A stretch of 32,000 nucleotides of DNA from Pseudoalteromonas tetraodonis (GCF_002310835.1 NZ_CP011041.1:3210001-3242000); one strand, 5' to 3'. Positions 15,321 to 24,116 are shown, numbered from the stretch's first letter. A program made the numbers and translations. Notes: generated from the letters alone by a model not told the origin.

Positions 15321-17477
15321 ATGCTCGACTCATTTACGCTTTATTTTGCCAGTATCGCCGTTATGACAGTGATGACGCTACTGAACTTTTTAACCTGGCG
15401 TACCAATAAGCATGTTCCCGGCACGTTACTTTATATTTTCTATCCTTTACTGCTATTAGCTGCCATTGTTAGTTTTGCGCTAATAGGCAAAATTCCTGAT
15501 CAGATTGCCATTACCCTTGCTAATAACATGATGTTTTTAGCCTCTATTGTGCATTGTTTGTCACTGAGTCAATTTTTAAATTATCATGGTCGTGGCCTTA
15601 AGTTTGTTTGCCTATTTACAGCGCTCAGCGCTTTGCTGCTTGTTTATTTCACATTTTTACAGCCCTCAATGCGCTCACGGGTATATATTTCTGATTTGCA
15701 GCATATTGTAGAGGCCACTTTTTTATTATTTATATTTATAAAATATGCGCGAAAACCCTACCCTAACGCCAGTATTGTTTACATAATTATTTTAACTTTA
15801 GTTGCAGCAAGTTTTATTACCCGAAGCCTATTTATGGATGACATTGCACAACAGGATGCCATTTTAAATTCATGGTTTAACTCACTGTTATTTTTAAATA
15901 GTGTTATTGCCCCCATGTTCTATGCTGCAGGTATGGCGTTGTTATGTAATGAGCGCAGGGAATTACGACTTAATAAACTCACCGAAAAAGCTCATAAAGA
16001 TTTAGAAATTCGCGGACTGTTTTTATCCACCATCAGCCATGAAATACGCACACCACTAAACGGCATATTAGGCAGTGCACAACTAGTATTAAACCAAACC
16101 AGCGACAGCCGTAACAAAGCCTATTGTGAGGCAATTATCAACTCAGCAGAGTCACTCAACTTACTGGTAGATAAAGTGCTGGAATATGCAAGCTTAGATC
16201 AGCACGACGAAGCCCTGTACGAAGAAGACATAGAGTTTAAAACGTGGCTGCAAAACTTATGTTTGCTGTTAAGCCCTCTGGCCGAACAAAAACAACTTAA
16301 ATTTGAGCTCGCCTGTAATATCCCCGACAAAGCCTGTTACTACTGCGACCAACAAAAACTCAGACAAATTATTATTAACCTTGTCGGTAATGCGATTAAA
16401 TTTACCGATACGGGGATGGTAAAAGTACAAATAGATTTAATTAATGAAACCCAGCTAGATCATACCCTTAAAGTAAGCGTACTCGATTCAGGTCCAGGCA
16501 TTGAAAAAGATGAAATTGATTATTTAACTGAGCCCTACATTCAAAGCAGTGCCGGTAAAGAAAAAGGCGGAACAGGCCTAGGACTAGCTATAACCAGTCG
16601 TCTTCTCGATAAAATTAATAGCCAGCTAGAAATTACCAGTGAGCTGGGAGTAGGCAGTGTCTTTAGCTTTAACATGACGTTAGCCATTGGTGAGCTTAGT
16701 CTCGTAGAGCAACGCCATCAAAGTAAGGATTATTTAACTGGGCTTGATGTGTTACTTGTTGAAGATTTAGATCTGAACCAAAAAATTGCCGTTGAATTTA
16801 TGGCTGACGACGAGCATAAAATTAAGCTCGCTAAAGATGGCAAAAGTGCGATTGAGTTAATGAAAAAATACCACTTTGATGTGGTGCTACTTGATATGAA
16901 CTTACCCGATTTAACAGGGCAACAGGTACTAAAAACTCTCAAACGGGTGGAGCATAAAAATCAGCGAACGCCGGTGCTGGCCTTTACTGCCAGTTTGAGC
17001 CCTGATGAAATAAAAGAATACTTAGCACTGGGTATTAAAGACATTGTTGGCAAGCCATTAAAGCAAGAGAAACTACGCCAAGCATTGAGTGATTCACAGT
17101 CAACACAAACAGCTAATATTGCCGTCGAGCTGATTGATACGTTATACGATGAAACCGCAACAGACACCCTGACAAGCTCTTTTAGTATTGATGAAGTGTC
17201 TTCTATCTATAATGAATTTATTCTTTCTGCTCGTAATAAGCTGAGCCGTTGCCAAGCTTTATTAGAGCAAGACACCGAGCAATGCATTAAGTTATTACAT
17301 CGCCAAGCTAGCACCGCTATGCAACTTGGTTTTAATAGCTATGGACTAGCTCTAAAAAAAATTGAGCGACGCTTACTAGATAAAAAACCATTAAATAACT
17401 CGTTAAATGAAGCCAGCACACTGTGGCAACACAGTTTAGAGGCGTATTTAAAGTATGTACGGCAAGGACTAGGGTAA
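15321..17477 (+). CDS. Unorthodox hybrid sensor histidine kinase: about 7 TM segments, HisKA, HATPase_c, REC and a C-terminal HPt-like domain
   Basis: It has seven hydrophobic helices with short loops, then the H-box LSTISHEIRTPLNG. N/G boxes are NLVGNAIKFT, DSGPGI and GGTGLGLAI. The receiver is VLLVEDLDLNQ..DVVLLDMNLPDL..ASLS..GKPL, and the tail carries LLHRQASTAMQLGF (HPt-like HxxxxxxxxLG). I prefer the ATG at 15321 because the GTG at 15276 lies inside the upstream terminator stem. Confidence 0.85.
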   Translation: MLDSFTLYFASIAVMTVMTLLNFLTWRTNKHVPGTLLYIFYPLLLLAAIVSFALIGKIPDQIAITLANNMMFLASIVHCLSLSQFLNYHGRGLKFVCLFTALSALLLVYFTFLQPSMRSRVYISDLQHIVEATFLLFIFIKYARKPYPNASIVYIIILTLVAASFITRSLFMDDIAQQDAILNSWFNSLLFLNSVIAPMFYAAGMALLCNERRELRLNKLTEKAHKDLEIRGLFLSTISHEIRTPLNGILGSAQLVLNQTSDSRNKAYCEAIINSAESLNLLVDKVLEYASLDQHDEALYEEDIEFKTWLQNLCLLLSPLAEQKQLKFELACNIPDKACYYCDQQKLRQIIINLVGNAIKFTDTGMVKVQIDLINETQLDHTLKVSVLDSGPGIEKDEIDYLTEPYIQSSAGKEKGGTGLGLAITSRLLDKINSQLEITSELGVGSVFSFNMTLAIGELSLVEQRHQSKDYLTGLDVLLVEDLDLNQKIAVEFMADDEHKIKLAKDGKSAIELMKKYHFDVVLLDMNLPDLTGQQVLKTLKRVEHKNQRTPVLAFTASLSPDEIKEYLALGIKDIVGKPLKQEKLRQALSDSQSTQTANIAVELIDTLYDETATDTLTSSFSIDEVSSIYNEFILSARNKLSRCQALLEQDTEQCIKLLHRQASTAMQLGFNSYGLALKKIERRLLDKKPLNNSLNEASTLWQHSLEAYLKYVRQGLG

Positions 17478-17481
17478 AAAC

Positions 17482-17544
17482 GGGCTACGGGCTACGGGCT
17501 ACGGGCTACGGGCTACGGGCTACGGGCTACGGGCTACGGGCTAC
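17482..17544. repeat. Perfect heptanucleotide microsatellite (GGGCTAC)x9
   Basis: I counted nine uninterrupted 7-nt units directly from the sequence. The array starts 5 nt after the kinase TAA stop (17475-17477) and ends 50 nt before the manC stop on the other strand. Confidence 0.98.
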
Positions 17545-17594
17545 CAAGTTTTACTGCAGTGACAAATAATCAAGCATTTTCACTATTTATACTG

Positions 17595-19019
17595 TTATTT
17601 TCTGCCGTATATATCGTCAAATCGCTCTATATCGCTTTCATCTAAAATGGCACCCGTTTGCACTTCAATAACAACTAAGGGCTCGGGCTGATTATTCGCT
17701 AAACTGTGCAGCTGTTTTGCAGCAATATAACAAGACTGGTCATGGGTCAGCGTTAAGCTTTGCTGGTCAATACATATATCTGCAGTGCCCGACACCACAA
17801 CCCAATGCTCAGCGCGATGCTGATGACGCTGCGTTGAGAGCCTAGCCCCACTATTAACGGTTATTTTTTTTACTTTAAAACCGATACTTTCTACCAGCGT
17901 ACGATAATTTCCCCAAGGGCGGTAAACCACCTGATGGTGTGTCAGTTTGTTATTATGTGTTGTTGTCAATTGCTTGAGTAATAACGGGAGGGCATCAAGC
18001 GCATTTTGATCAGCAATTAAAGTGGCGTCGTGGGTATGAATAACCGCTAAATCGCTTACCCCTAACGTCGCTATTGTGTGTCCATCTTCGCTAATAACTA
18101 AGTTGTTACTACTGTTTTGGGCGATATGTTCTTGGTGTGGGCTATTACCCTGTGGATCTTTTTTACTCAACGCTGCGAGTGCAGAAAAACTACCCACATC
18201 GCTCCAATTTAATGCAACGGGCATTACCACCACATTATTACTACGCTCTAAAATAGCATAATCAATCGAGTCACTTGGGCAAGATTCAAGTGCATGAGTA
18301 TTTGCTCTTGTAAACGCTAAGTCTTGTTTAAAATCAGTGGCACTAGCAACACTTTTAGCTATTTTTGGCGCAAAGCGTTCCAGCTCTTTTAGATATGCAG
18401 CGGGAGTAAATAAAAACATTCCACTGTTCCAACTATAACCGCCCTCAGTTAAATAGGTTGATGCAGTTGCTAAATCAGGTTTTTCTTTAAACTGGTCTAC
18501 CTCAAAGCAAGCAGTACCTATAATTGCTGTGCCCTGTTTGATATAGCCATAACCGGTATGCGGCTCTGTTGGCGTAATTGAAAATGTAACTAATTTACCT
18601 TGCTCAGCCAGTGTCACCGCATCAGATAACTGAGCAGTTAATGGCGTAAAATCTTCAATATAATGATCGGCAGGCATCACCAACAAAGGACCTGTAATAT
18701 TATTTTTTAATGCATAGTGCGCGGCAAGGGCAATGGCTGGTGCGGTATTTTTGCCTTCTGGCTCAAGTACTATGGCATGGGGCTTTGCAAATGCTGCCTG
18801 CTGCGCGGCAATAAATCGATGCTGCTCATTACAGACCAAAATAGCGGGATTAAAGTCCTCAGTTGCAACACGCACTAACGTGCTTTGCAATAACGACTGC
18901 TGGTTTTTATTATCAAGCAAAGATAAAAACTGCTTTGGCATTGCTTGGCGCGACAGCGGCCAAAGCCGTGTGCCAATGCCGCCAGCTAAAATTACCGGTG
19001 TAATAAGGGTTGTATTCAT
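17595..19019 (-). CDS. manC: Bifunctional mannose-1-phosphate guanylyltransferase / mannose-6-phosphate isomerase (type II PMI-GMP)
   Basis: N-terminal nucleotidyltransferase motif LAGGIGTRLWPLSR. C-terminal cupin with RPWGNY..STQRHQHRAEHWVVVSG. 474 aa is the typical size. Confidence 0.9.
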   Translation of the reverse strand: MNTTLITPVILAGGIGTRLWPLSRQAMPKQFLSLLDNKNQQSLLQSTLVRVATEDFNPAILVCNEQHRFIAAQQAAFAKPHAIVLEPEGKNTAPAIALAAHYALKNNITGPLLVMPADHYIEDFTPLTAQLSDAVTLAEQGKLVTFSITPTEPHTGYGYIKQGTAIIGTACFEVDQFKEKPDLATASTYLTEGGYSWNSGMFLFTPAAYLKELERFAPKIAKSVASATDFKQDLAFTRANTHALESCPSDSIDYAILERSNNVVVMPVALNWSDVGSFSALAALSKKDPQGNSPHQEHIAQNSSNNLVISEDGHTIATLGVSDLAVIHTHDATLIADQNALDALPLLLKQLTTTHNNKLTHHQVVYRPWGNYRTLVESIGFKVKKITVNSGARLSTQRHQHRAEHWVVVSGTADICIDQQSLTLTHDQSCYIAAKQLHSLANNQPEPLVVIEVQTGAILDESDIERFDDIYGRK

Positions 19020-19077
19020 AAAGCCGCCAATAAAAATATCAGCGGCTATTTTAGCACTTTATCGGCTGGGCGCTAAT

Positions 19078-19851
19078 TTATACCAATGTAAAAGCATCAG
19101 CATCTAAATGTGCCGGAAATTTAGCTCTAAACTCATCAAGCGGCGCTTTATTTAACATGATTGTTAGTAGTGCTTGCTGGTCGTCATTCGCTTTAATCAG
19201 TGGCTCACCTTTAAAGTCATACACTGCAGTTCCACCACTGTGGTCAATACCATTGCCATCTTCACCAACCCGGTTTACGCCAACCACGTAGCATAGGTTT
19301 TCCATTGCTCGTGCCATTAATAAAGTGTCCCATACATTGCGCCTTGCTGCTGGCCAATTGGCAATATTTATCATCACGTCGTAGTCATTGTTATTGCGCT
19401 GAAACACCGGAAACCGTAAGTCGTAGCATACTTGTGGCAATATTTTAAACCCATTGAGTTCAAACACTTCACGCGTTTGTCCTGCCACTACAAACTCGCC
19501 TTCGTTACCTAAACAAAATAAGTGCCGTTTATCGTAATAGCTCACTTCTCCATTTGGTTGTACCCAGTAAAACCGATTCGCTTTTTTACTTCCTTGGGTT
19601 ACCAATACCGAGCCTGCAATTACCGCATTATAGTGCTTCGCCTGTGCCTTGAGCCAACTCAGTACTGAGCCATTTTCAGCTTCGCCACAGTCAAGGTTAA
19701 CCGCAAATCCAGTGGCAAAGGTTTCAGAAAGTACAATTAAATCAGGTTGATTGGTGATATTAGCAAGCTGTTTTTCAAACATAGCTAAATTGGCTTTTTT
19801 ATCGAGCCAATGCAGCGAGCTTTGTAATAATGCGAAGGTTAAAGTTGACAT
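19078..19851 (-). CDS. yafV: Carbon-nitrogen hydrolase family omega-amidase (YafV-like, 2-oxoglutaramate amidase)
   Basis: Nitrilase-superfamily Glu-Lys-Cys triad contexts are present (VLSETFATG, YDKRHLF, ILPQVCYDLRFP). It overlaps the upstream aminotransferase gene by 13 nt. Confidence 0.8.
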   Translation of the reverse strand: MSTLTFALLQSSLHWLDKKANLAMFEKQLANITNQPDLIVLSETFATGFAVNLDCGEAENGSVLSWLKAQAKHYNAVIAGSVLVTQGSKKANRFYWVQPNGEVSYYDKRHLFCLGNEGEFVVAGQTREVFELNGFKILPQVCYDLRFPVFQRNNNDYDVMINIANWPAARRNVWDTLLMARAMENLCYVVGVNRVGEDGNGIDHSGGTAVYDFKGEPLIKANDDQQALLTIMLNKAPLDEFRAKFPAHLDADAFTLV

Positions 19852-20981
19852 AAAATATGTGCCGCCTCTATTAAGGTTTGATCATTTTTAGCAAAACATA
19901 AACGAATAACTTTATCATTGCTTGGTTGCTGATAAAACACGCTCAGTGGAATGGCTGCAACGCCTGCTTGTTCTGCTAACCATTGGCAAAATTCTACGTC
20001 ATTTAAATCCGATACATCACTGTAATCAAGCAGTAAAAAGTAGGTGCCTTCACTTGGTAAAATGCTAAAGCGGCTATCTTGTAGAGCATTACTGAGCACA
20101 TCGCGTTTTTGTTGATAAAACTCACTTAGCGCATCCACATGCTCACCTTGCTGTTCTAACATATCGGCGAGTGCATGTTGCGCAGGCGTGAAGCTTGAAA
20201 AAGTCACATATTGGTGAATTTTACGAAACTCGACCGCAAGTGTAGCGGGTGCGATGCAGTAACCCATTTTCCAACCAGTGCTATGAAAAGTCTTGCCAAA
20301 GCTTGAGATCACAAAGCTGCGAGCAAACAATTCCTCATCTCGTAACACACTTAAATGTGGTTGCTTATCAAAAGTAATATGCTCGTATACTTCATCACTT
20401 ATCAGGTATAAATCATGCTCGATGACTAAGGCTTTTAGGGCATTAATATCGTGCTGTTTTAACGTTTTACCACTTGGGTTATGTGGAGTGTTGATAATAA
20501 TAGCCCGCGTTTTGCTATTAATAGCCGCAGCCACCGTTTGCCAGTCAATTACATAACTCGGAGCATGCAGAGCAATATTAACTGACTTACCACCGGCCAA
20601 TTCAATCGCTGGCTGGTAAGAGTCATAAGCAGGGTCAAATACAATGACTTCATCACCTTCGCGCACTAGCGCTTGAATGGCAACAAACAGCGCCTCGGTT
20701 GCCCCTGAGGTTACCGTTACTTGCTGCGCGGCATCTATTTCAACCGCATATTTTCGTTTTGCTAACTGGGCAATTTGTTGCTGCAGGCGCGGTACACCAG
20801 ATGAAGGTGAATATTGATTAACTCCTTCAAGCACATAATGATTAAGCTGTTTTTTAAGTAGCTCAGGCGCATCAAACTCAGGAAAACCCTGCGATAAATT
20901 AATCGCTTCGAATTGATTTGCTAAAGCAGTCATTTGACTAAAAATACTGGTGCCTAAATTTGGCAATTTACTTTCAAACAC
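19839..20981 (-). CDS. ybdL: Class I/II PLP-dependent aminotransferase, YbdL-like methionine/glutamine transaminase
   Basis: PLP-lysine motif SSFGKTFHSTGWKMGY plus INTPHNPSG. 380 aa. It is divergent from mtnB and translationally overlapped with the omega-amidase gene. Confidence 0.8.
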   Translation of the reverse strand: MFESKLPNLGTSIFSQMTALANQFEAINLSQGFPEFDAPELLKKQLNHYVLEGVNQYSPSSGVPRLQQQIAQLAKRKYAVEIDAAQQVTVTSGATEALFVAIQALVREGDEVIVFDPAYDSYQPAIELAGGKSVNIALHAPSYVIDWQTVAAAINSKTRAIIINTPHNPSGKTLKQHDINALKALVIEHDLYLISDEVYEHITFDKQPHLSVLRDEELFARSFVISSFGKTFHSTGWKMGYCIAPATLAVEFRKIHQYVTFSSFTPAQHALADMLEQQGEHVDALSEFYQQKRDVLSNALQDSRFSILPSEGTYFLLLDYSDVSDLNDVEFCQWLAEQAGVAAIPLSVFYQQPSNDKVIRLCFAKNDQTLIEAAHILCQL

Positions 20982-21036
20982 TGGTTACCCTTAATGATGG
21001 TTTTACGCCCAAAGCGATGCTATCATTGCTTAAAAC

Positions 21037-21052
21037 AGAAGTATAGCCGTCT
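21037..21052. promoter_or_regulatory. Candidate MetJ operator: two tandem met-box-like octamers in the ybdL/mtnB divergent region
   Basis: AGAAGTAT (6/8) and AGCCGTCT (7/8) lie head-to-tail and match the AGACGTCT consensus. They sit 37 nt upstream of the mtnB ATG. Confidence 0.35.
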
Positions 21053-21088
21053 AAAACAAATAGCTTTATGCTCATTAGTGAGGAATGT

Positions 21089-21706
21089 ATGCAAAACAAT
21101 ACCGCTATTTCAGAACTTATTGAAGCCGGAAAATGGGTCAGTCAAAAAGGTTGGGTACCCGCAACAGGTGGAAACTTTTCAGCTCGCACCAGTACGGGCT
21201 TTGTAGTCACAGCCAGTGGCCACGACAAAGGCGCGTTAATGCCTGAGCATTTTCTACAATTAAATCATTTAGGTGAGCGTGTTGCAGGGGCAATAAAACC
21301 CTCAGCCGAAACACAACTGCATTTGAGCTTGTATCAACTTATTCCTGACGCGCAATATGTTTTGCATACTCACTCGGTAGCGGCAACTGTACTTTCAAAT
21401 ATTATTCAACGCCATCAGCTTGAACTAACCGGCTACGAGATGCAAAAAGCGCTCAGCGGTATTACATCGCACTTAGAATCACTGGCCATCCCTATTTTCG
21501 ATAACGATCAAGATATAGACCGTTTAAGCCTACTTGTGAGCGACCATCACTTACACTCACCAATTAAGCATGCCGTATTGATCAGAGGTCATGGTTTATA
21601 TGCTGTTGGCCGTAACATTGATGAAGTTCGCCGCCATTTAGAGGCATTAGAGTTTTTATTTAGTTGCGAGCTAGAACGCTTAAAAATAACAGGAACCGCA
21701 CTATGA
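21089..21706 (+). CDS. mtnB: Methylthioribulose-1-phosphate dehydratase (class II aldolase fold)
   Basis: GWVPATGGNFSAR and the zinc ligands ..LHTHS.. are present. ATG at 21089 follows the SD GAGGAA. The stop overlaps the mtnC start as ATGA. Confidence 0.88.
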   Translation: MQNNTAISELIEAGKWVSQKGWVPATGGNFSARTSTGFVVTASGHDKGALMPEHFLQLNHLGERVAGAIKPSAETQLHLSLYQLIPDAQYVLHTHSVAATVLSNIIQRHQLELTGYEMQKALSGITSHLESLAIPIFDNDQDIDRLSLLVSDHHLHSPIKHAVLIRGHGLYAVGRNIDEVRRHLEALEFLFSCELERLKITGTAL

Positions 21707-22389
21707 TCAAAGCATTGCTAACTGATATTGAAGGCACTATTACGCGTATTTCGTTTGTAAAAGATGTGCTATTTCCTTATGCCGCACAACAACTGCCTGC
21801 ATTTGTGCGCGGTCACACAGAACAGCCTGAAGTAGCAGAACAAATTAGCGCTGTAAAAGCTGAAATTAACGAGCCTAATGCCGATATCGACATCGTTATT
21901 AGCACTTTACTTACTTGGATTGAAGAAGATAAAAAAATAACGCCACTTAAACAATTACAAGGTTTAATTTGGCAAACAGGCTATGAAAACGGTGATTTTA
22001 CTGGTCACTTATACCCAGATGCTTATCAATTTTTACAACAACAAAAGCAAGCTGGCCAACAGTTATACGTTTATTCGTCGGGCTCTGTGAAAGCACAGCA
22101 TTTAATTTTTCAGTATTCTGACTTTGGCGATATTCGCTCACTATTTAGTGATTACTTTGATACCAAAGTAGGCGCTAAACAAGCGCCAAGCGCCTATGAA
22201 AACATAATAACGCAATTGCCTTTTAACCCAGACGAAGTATTGTTTTTAAGTGATGTAGTTGCAGAGCTTGATGCTGCAAAAACCGTTGGGCTTAAAACTT
22301 TACATTTAATTCGCGATGGGCAAGAAAGCTCATCAAAGCACAGCTACATTAACGATTTTAGCCAATTTAAAGCGGAGCATTTAGCATGA
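21703..22389 (+). CDS. mtnC: Enolase-phosphatase E1 (2,3-diketo-5-methylthiopentyl-1-phosphate enolase-phosphatase, HAD family)
   Basis: HAD motif I LLTDIEGTIT, motif II VYSSGS and motif IV FLSDV. It has ATGA overlaps at both ends. Confidence 0.88.
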   Translation: MIKALLTDIEGTITRISFVKDVLFPYAAQQLPAFVRGHTEQPEVAEQISAVKAEINEPNADIDIVISTLLTWIEEDKKITPLKQLQGLIWQTGYENGDFTGHLYPDAYQFLQQQKQAGQQLYVYSSGSVKAQHLIFQYSDFGDIRSLFSDYFDTKVGAKQAPSAYENIITQLPFNPDEVLFLSDVVAELDAAKTVGLKTLHLIRDGQESSSKHSYINDFSQFKAEHLA

Positions 22390-22928
22390 GCCAACTCACT
22401 ATTTTTGCAGATTCTGACGCCAATAATGCACTGCTGACCAGTAGCGACGTTCAAAATATTGCCGCTGAACTTGCTAAGGTTAATGTGCGTTTTGAGCAAT
22501 GGCAGGCAAATACCGAGATCACTGAAAGCACCAGCAATAATGATATTTTAACTGCCTACAGCGGCGATATTGAACGCTTAAAACAGCAAGGCGGCTATCA
22601 AACTGTTGACGTTATATCACTAGCTAAAGGCAACCCTGATGCTGCAGAATTGCGCAAAAAATTTTTATTTGAACACACTCACAGCGAAGACGAAGTACGC
22701 TTTTTTGTCAAAGGCCAAGGGTTATTTTGCTTACACATTGGCAGTAAAGTGTACCAAGTACTTTGTCAACAAGGCGATTTGATCTCAGTACCTAAGCTGA
22801 CCCCTCATTGGTTTGATATGGGTAGCGACCCAGAATTTACCGCTATTCGTCTATTTAACAATACACAAGGTTGGGTAGCACAAAGCACGGAATCACCGAT
22901 TGCAGAGCAATTTCCATTATTACCGTAA
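22386..22928 (+). CDS. mtnD: Acireductone dioxygenase (ARD, cupin)
   Basis: Cupin metal motif FEHTHSEDEVRFFV..PHWF. 180 aa, positioned after mtnC. Confidence 0.88.
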   Translation: MSQLTIFADSDANNALLTSSDVQNIAAELAKVNVRFEQWQANTEITESTSNNDILTAYSGDIERLKQQGGYQTVDVISLAKGNPDAAELRKKFLFEHTHSEDEVRFFVKGQGLFCLHIGSKVYQVLCQQGDLISVPKLTPHWFDMGSDPEFTAIRLFNNTQGWVAQSTESPIAEQFPLLP

Positions 22929-22947
22929 TTTAATCATTCAAAACCCT

Positions 22948-22976
22948 GGTCCACACTAATAAACATAACGTGGACC
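22948..22976. terminator. Hairpin between convergent mtnD and mtnA (possible terminator)
   Basis: GGTCCAC (22948-22954) / GTGGACC (22970-22976) with a 15-nt loop. Only a partial U tract is present on the minus-strand side (AGGGTTTTG). Confidence 0.4.
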
Positions 22977-22991
22977 AAACGCATCGCAAAA

Positions 22992-24017
22992 TTACTTCAG
23001 CTTTAAAAGCACGCCACTTTCTACCTGACTTTGGTTATAAACACCGGTATCTAACACCCACCCAGTAACCAAGTTTGCGGGTGTTACGTCAAATGCGGGG
23101 TTATATACATTAGCATTCGTGGGAGCCCACAATGCCTCGCCAAAACTACCACTAACACCACGCACTTCTTGTGGATTACGTTGCTCTATTTCTATATCGC
23201 TACCTTGGGCAGTATTTACGTCAAGCGTAGTAACCGGTGCCACCACATAAAATGGAATATTATGAAAATGCGCAAGCACCGCTAAATTATAAGTACCGAC
23301 TTTATTGGCAAAGTCGCCATTAGCAGCAATACGATCAGCCCCTACAACAATTTTATCTACCTTACCTGCAGCCATTAAACTGGCCGCCATATTATCGCAA
23401 ATTAGCGTGTAAGGTATTTGCCAACGCTCCAATTCAAACGCGGTCAAACGCCCGCCTTGCAGTAAGGGGCGTGTTTCATCCACCCACACATGGACATTGC
23501 CATGGACTTGTTGTGCTTTATAAATAACACCCAATGCCGTACCTATGCCCGCAGTGGCTAAAGCGCCGGTATTACAGTGAGTTAATATATTGTCGCCGCT
23601 ATTTATTAGCTCGGCACCACGTGTTGCCATACGCTCACATAGCTTAATGTCTTCAATAAATAACTGCTCAGCCGTTGCAACAATACTGGCAACATAATCA
23701 GTTTGTTTAAGCGCTTGGCGCAACGCCGCCATACAATGCATTAAGTTAACCGCTGTTGGGCGAGTGGCTTCTAGCTCATTTATGGCGGTTGCAAGCGCGT
23801 CTCTAGTCATACCTTGCTCAGCTAAATAAGCAATTAATAAACTGGCCCCTAAGCCTATAAGTGGCGCACCACGCACTTTTAAGCTGATGATCAGCTCTTT
23901 CATTGTCTCTACAGTGTGGCATTCATGCCACACTTGTTGATGAGGAAGCAAATATTGATCAAGTACGCTCAGCGTACTATTTTCATATTTTAAACTGCTT
24001 GCGATTAAATTTTGCAT
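22992..24017 (-). CDS. mtnA: Methylthioribose-1-phosphate isomerase (eIF-2B alpha/beta/delta family)
   Basis: LKVRGAPLIGLGASL, RPTAVNL, HCNTGALAT and VGADRIAANGD are present. The overall sequence is close to Klebsiella MtnA. Confidence 0.9.
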   Translation of the reverse strand: MQNLIASSLKYENSTLSVLDQYLLPHQQVWHECHTVETMKELIISLKVRGAPLIGLGASLLIAYLAEQGMTRDALATAINELEATRPTAVNLMHCMAALRQALKQTDYVASIVATAEQLFIEDIKLCERMATRGAELINSGDNILTHCNTGALATAGIGTALGVIYKAQQVHGNVHVWVDETRPLLQGGRLTAFELERWQIPYTLICDNMAASLMAAGKVDKIVVGADRIAANGDFANKVGTYNLAVLAHFHNIPFYVVAPVTTLDVNTAQGSDIEIEQRNPQEVRGVSGSFGEALWAPTNANVYNPAFDVTPANLVTGWVLDTGVYNQSQVESGVLLKLK

Positions 24018-24079
24018 AAGGCTTAAAAGATTAGAAGTGCGTAGGGTTATTTTACACCACTTTGAAGAACTCTCAAGTT

Positions 24080-24116
24080 GGACTTATAGACATCTAAACA
24101 TTTAAAAGTATAGAAT
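24080..24116 (+). promoter_or_regulatory. Candidate mtnK promoter overlapped by three tandem met-box-like octamers (putative MetJ operator)
   Basis: GGACTTAT (5/8), AGACATCT (7/8) and AAACATTT (5/8) are contiguous at 24080-24103 and match AGACGTCT. The -35-like TAGACA (24087-24092), an 18-nt spacer and the -10 TAGAAT (24111-24116) follow. Confidence 0.4.

Noticed and set aside
14550-15409. ORFs 14550-14819(-) and 15158-15409(+)
   Set aside because: The first is antisense to the start of the CsgD-like gene. The second is an alternative frame spanning the LuxR-HTH end, the terminator hairpin and the kinase start.
16730-17167. ORFs 16730-16942(-) and 16961-17167(-)
   Set aside because: They are antisense shadows within the receiver domain region of the hybrid kinase.
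17482-17544. The heptamer repeat as coding sequence (it would read GLRATGY x3)
   Set aside because: It begins after an in-frame TAA of the kinase and has no start codon or SD of its own. A 7-nt unit would not preserve frame on copy-number change, so I treat it as a non-coding structural repeat.
19020-19077. Hairpin GCCGC-N14-GCGGC between the omega-amidase gene and manC as a terminator or regulatory element
   Set aside because: It is only a 5-bp stem with a weak U tract. I cannot tell whether manC is co-transcribed with the upstream genes.
18076-19107. ORFs 18076-18261(+) and 18733-19107(+)
   Set aside because: They are antisense to manC. Their Cys/Ala/Leu-rich translations contain no motifs.
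20293-21206. ORFs 20293-20556(+) and 20994-21206(+)
   Set aside because: The first is antisense to the aminotransferase gene. The second is out of frame with mtnB and spans its promoter region.
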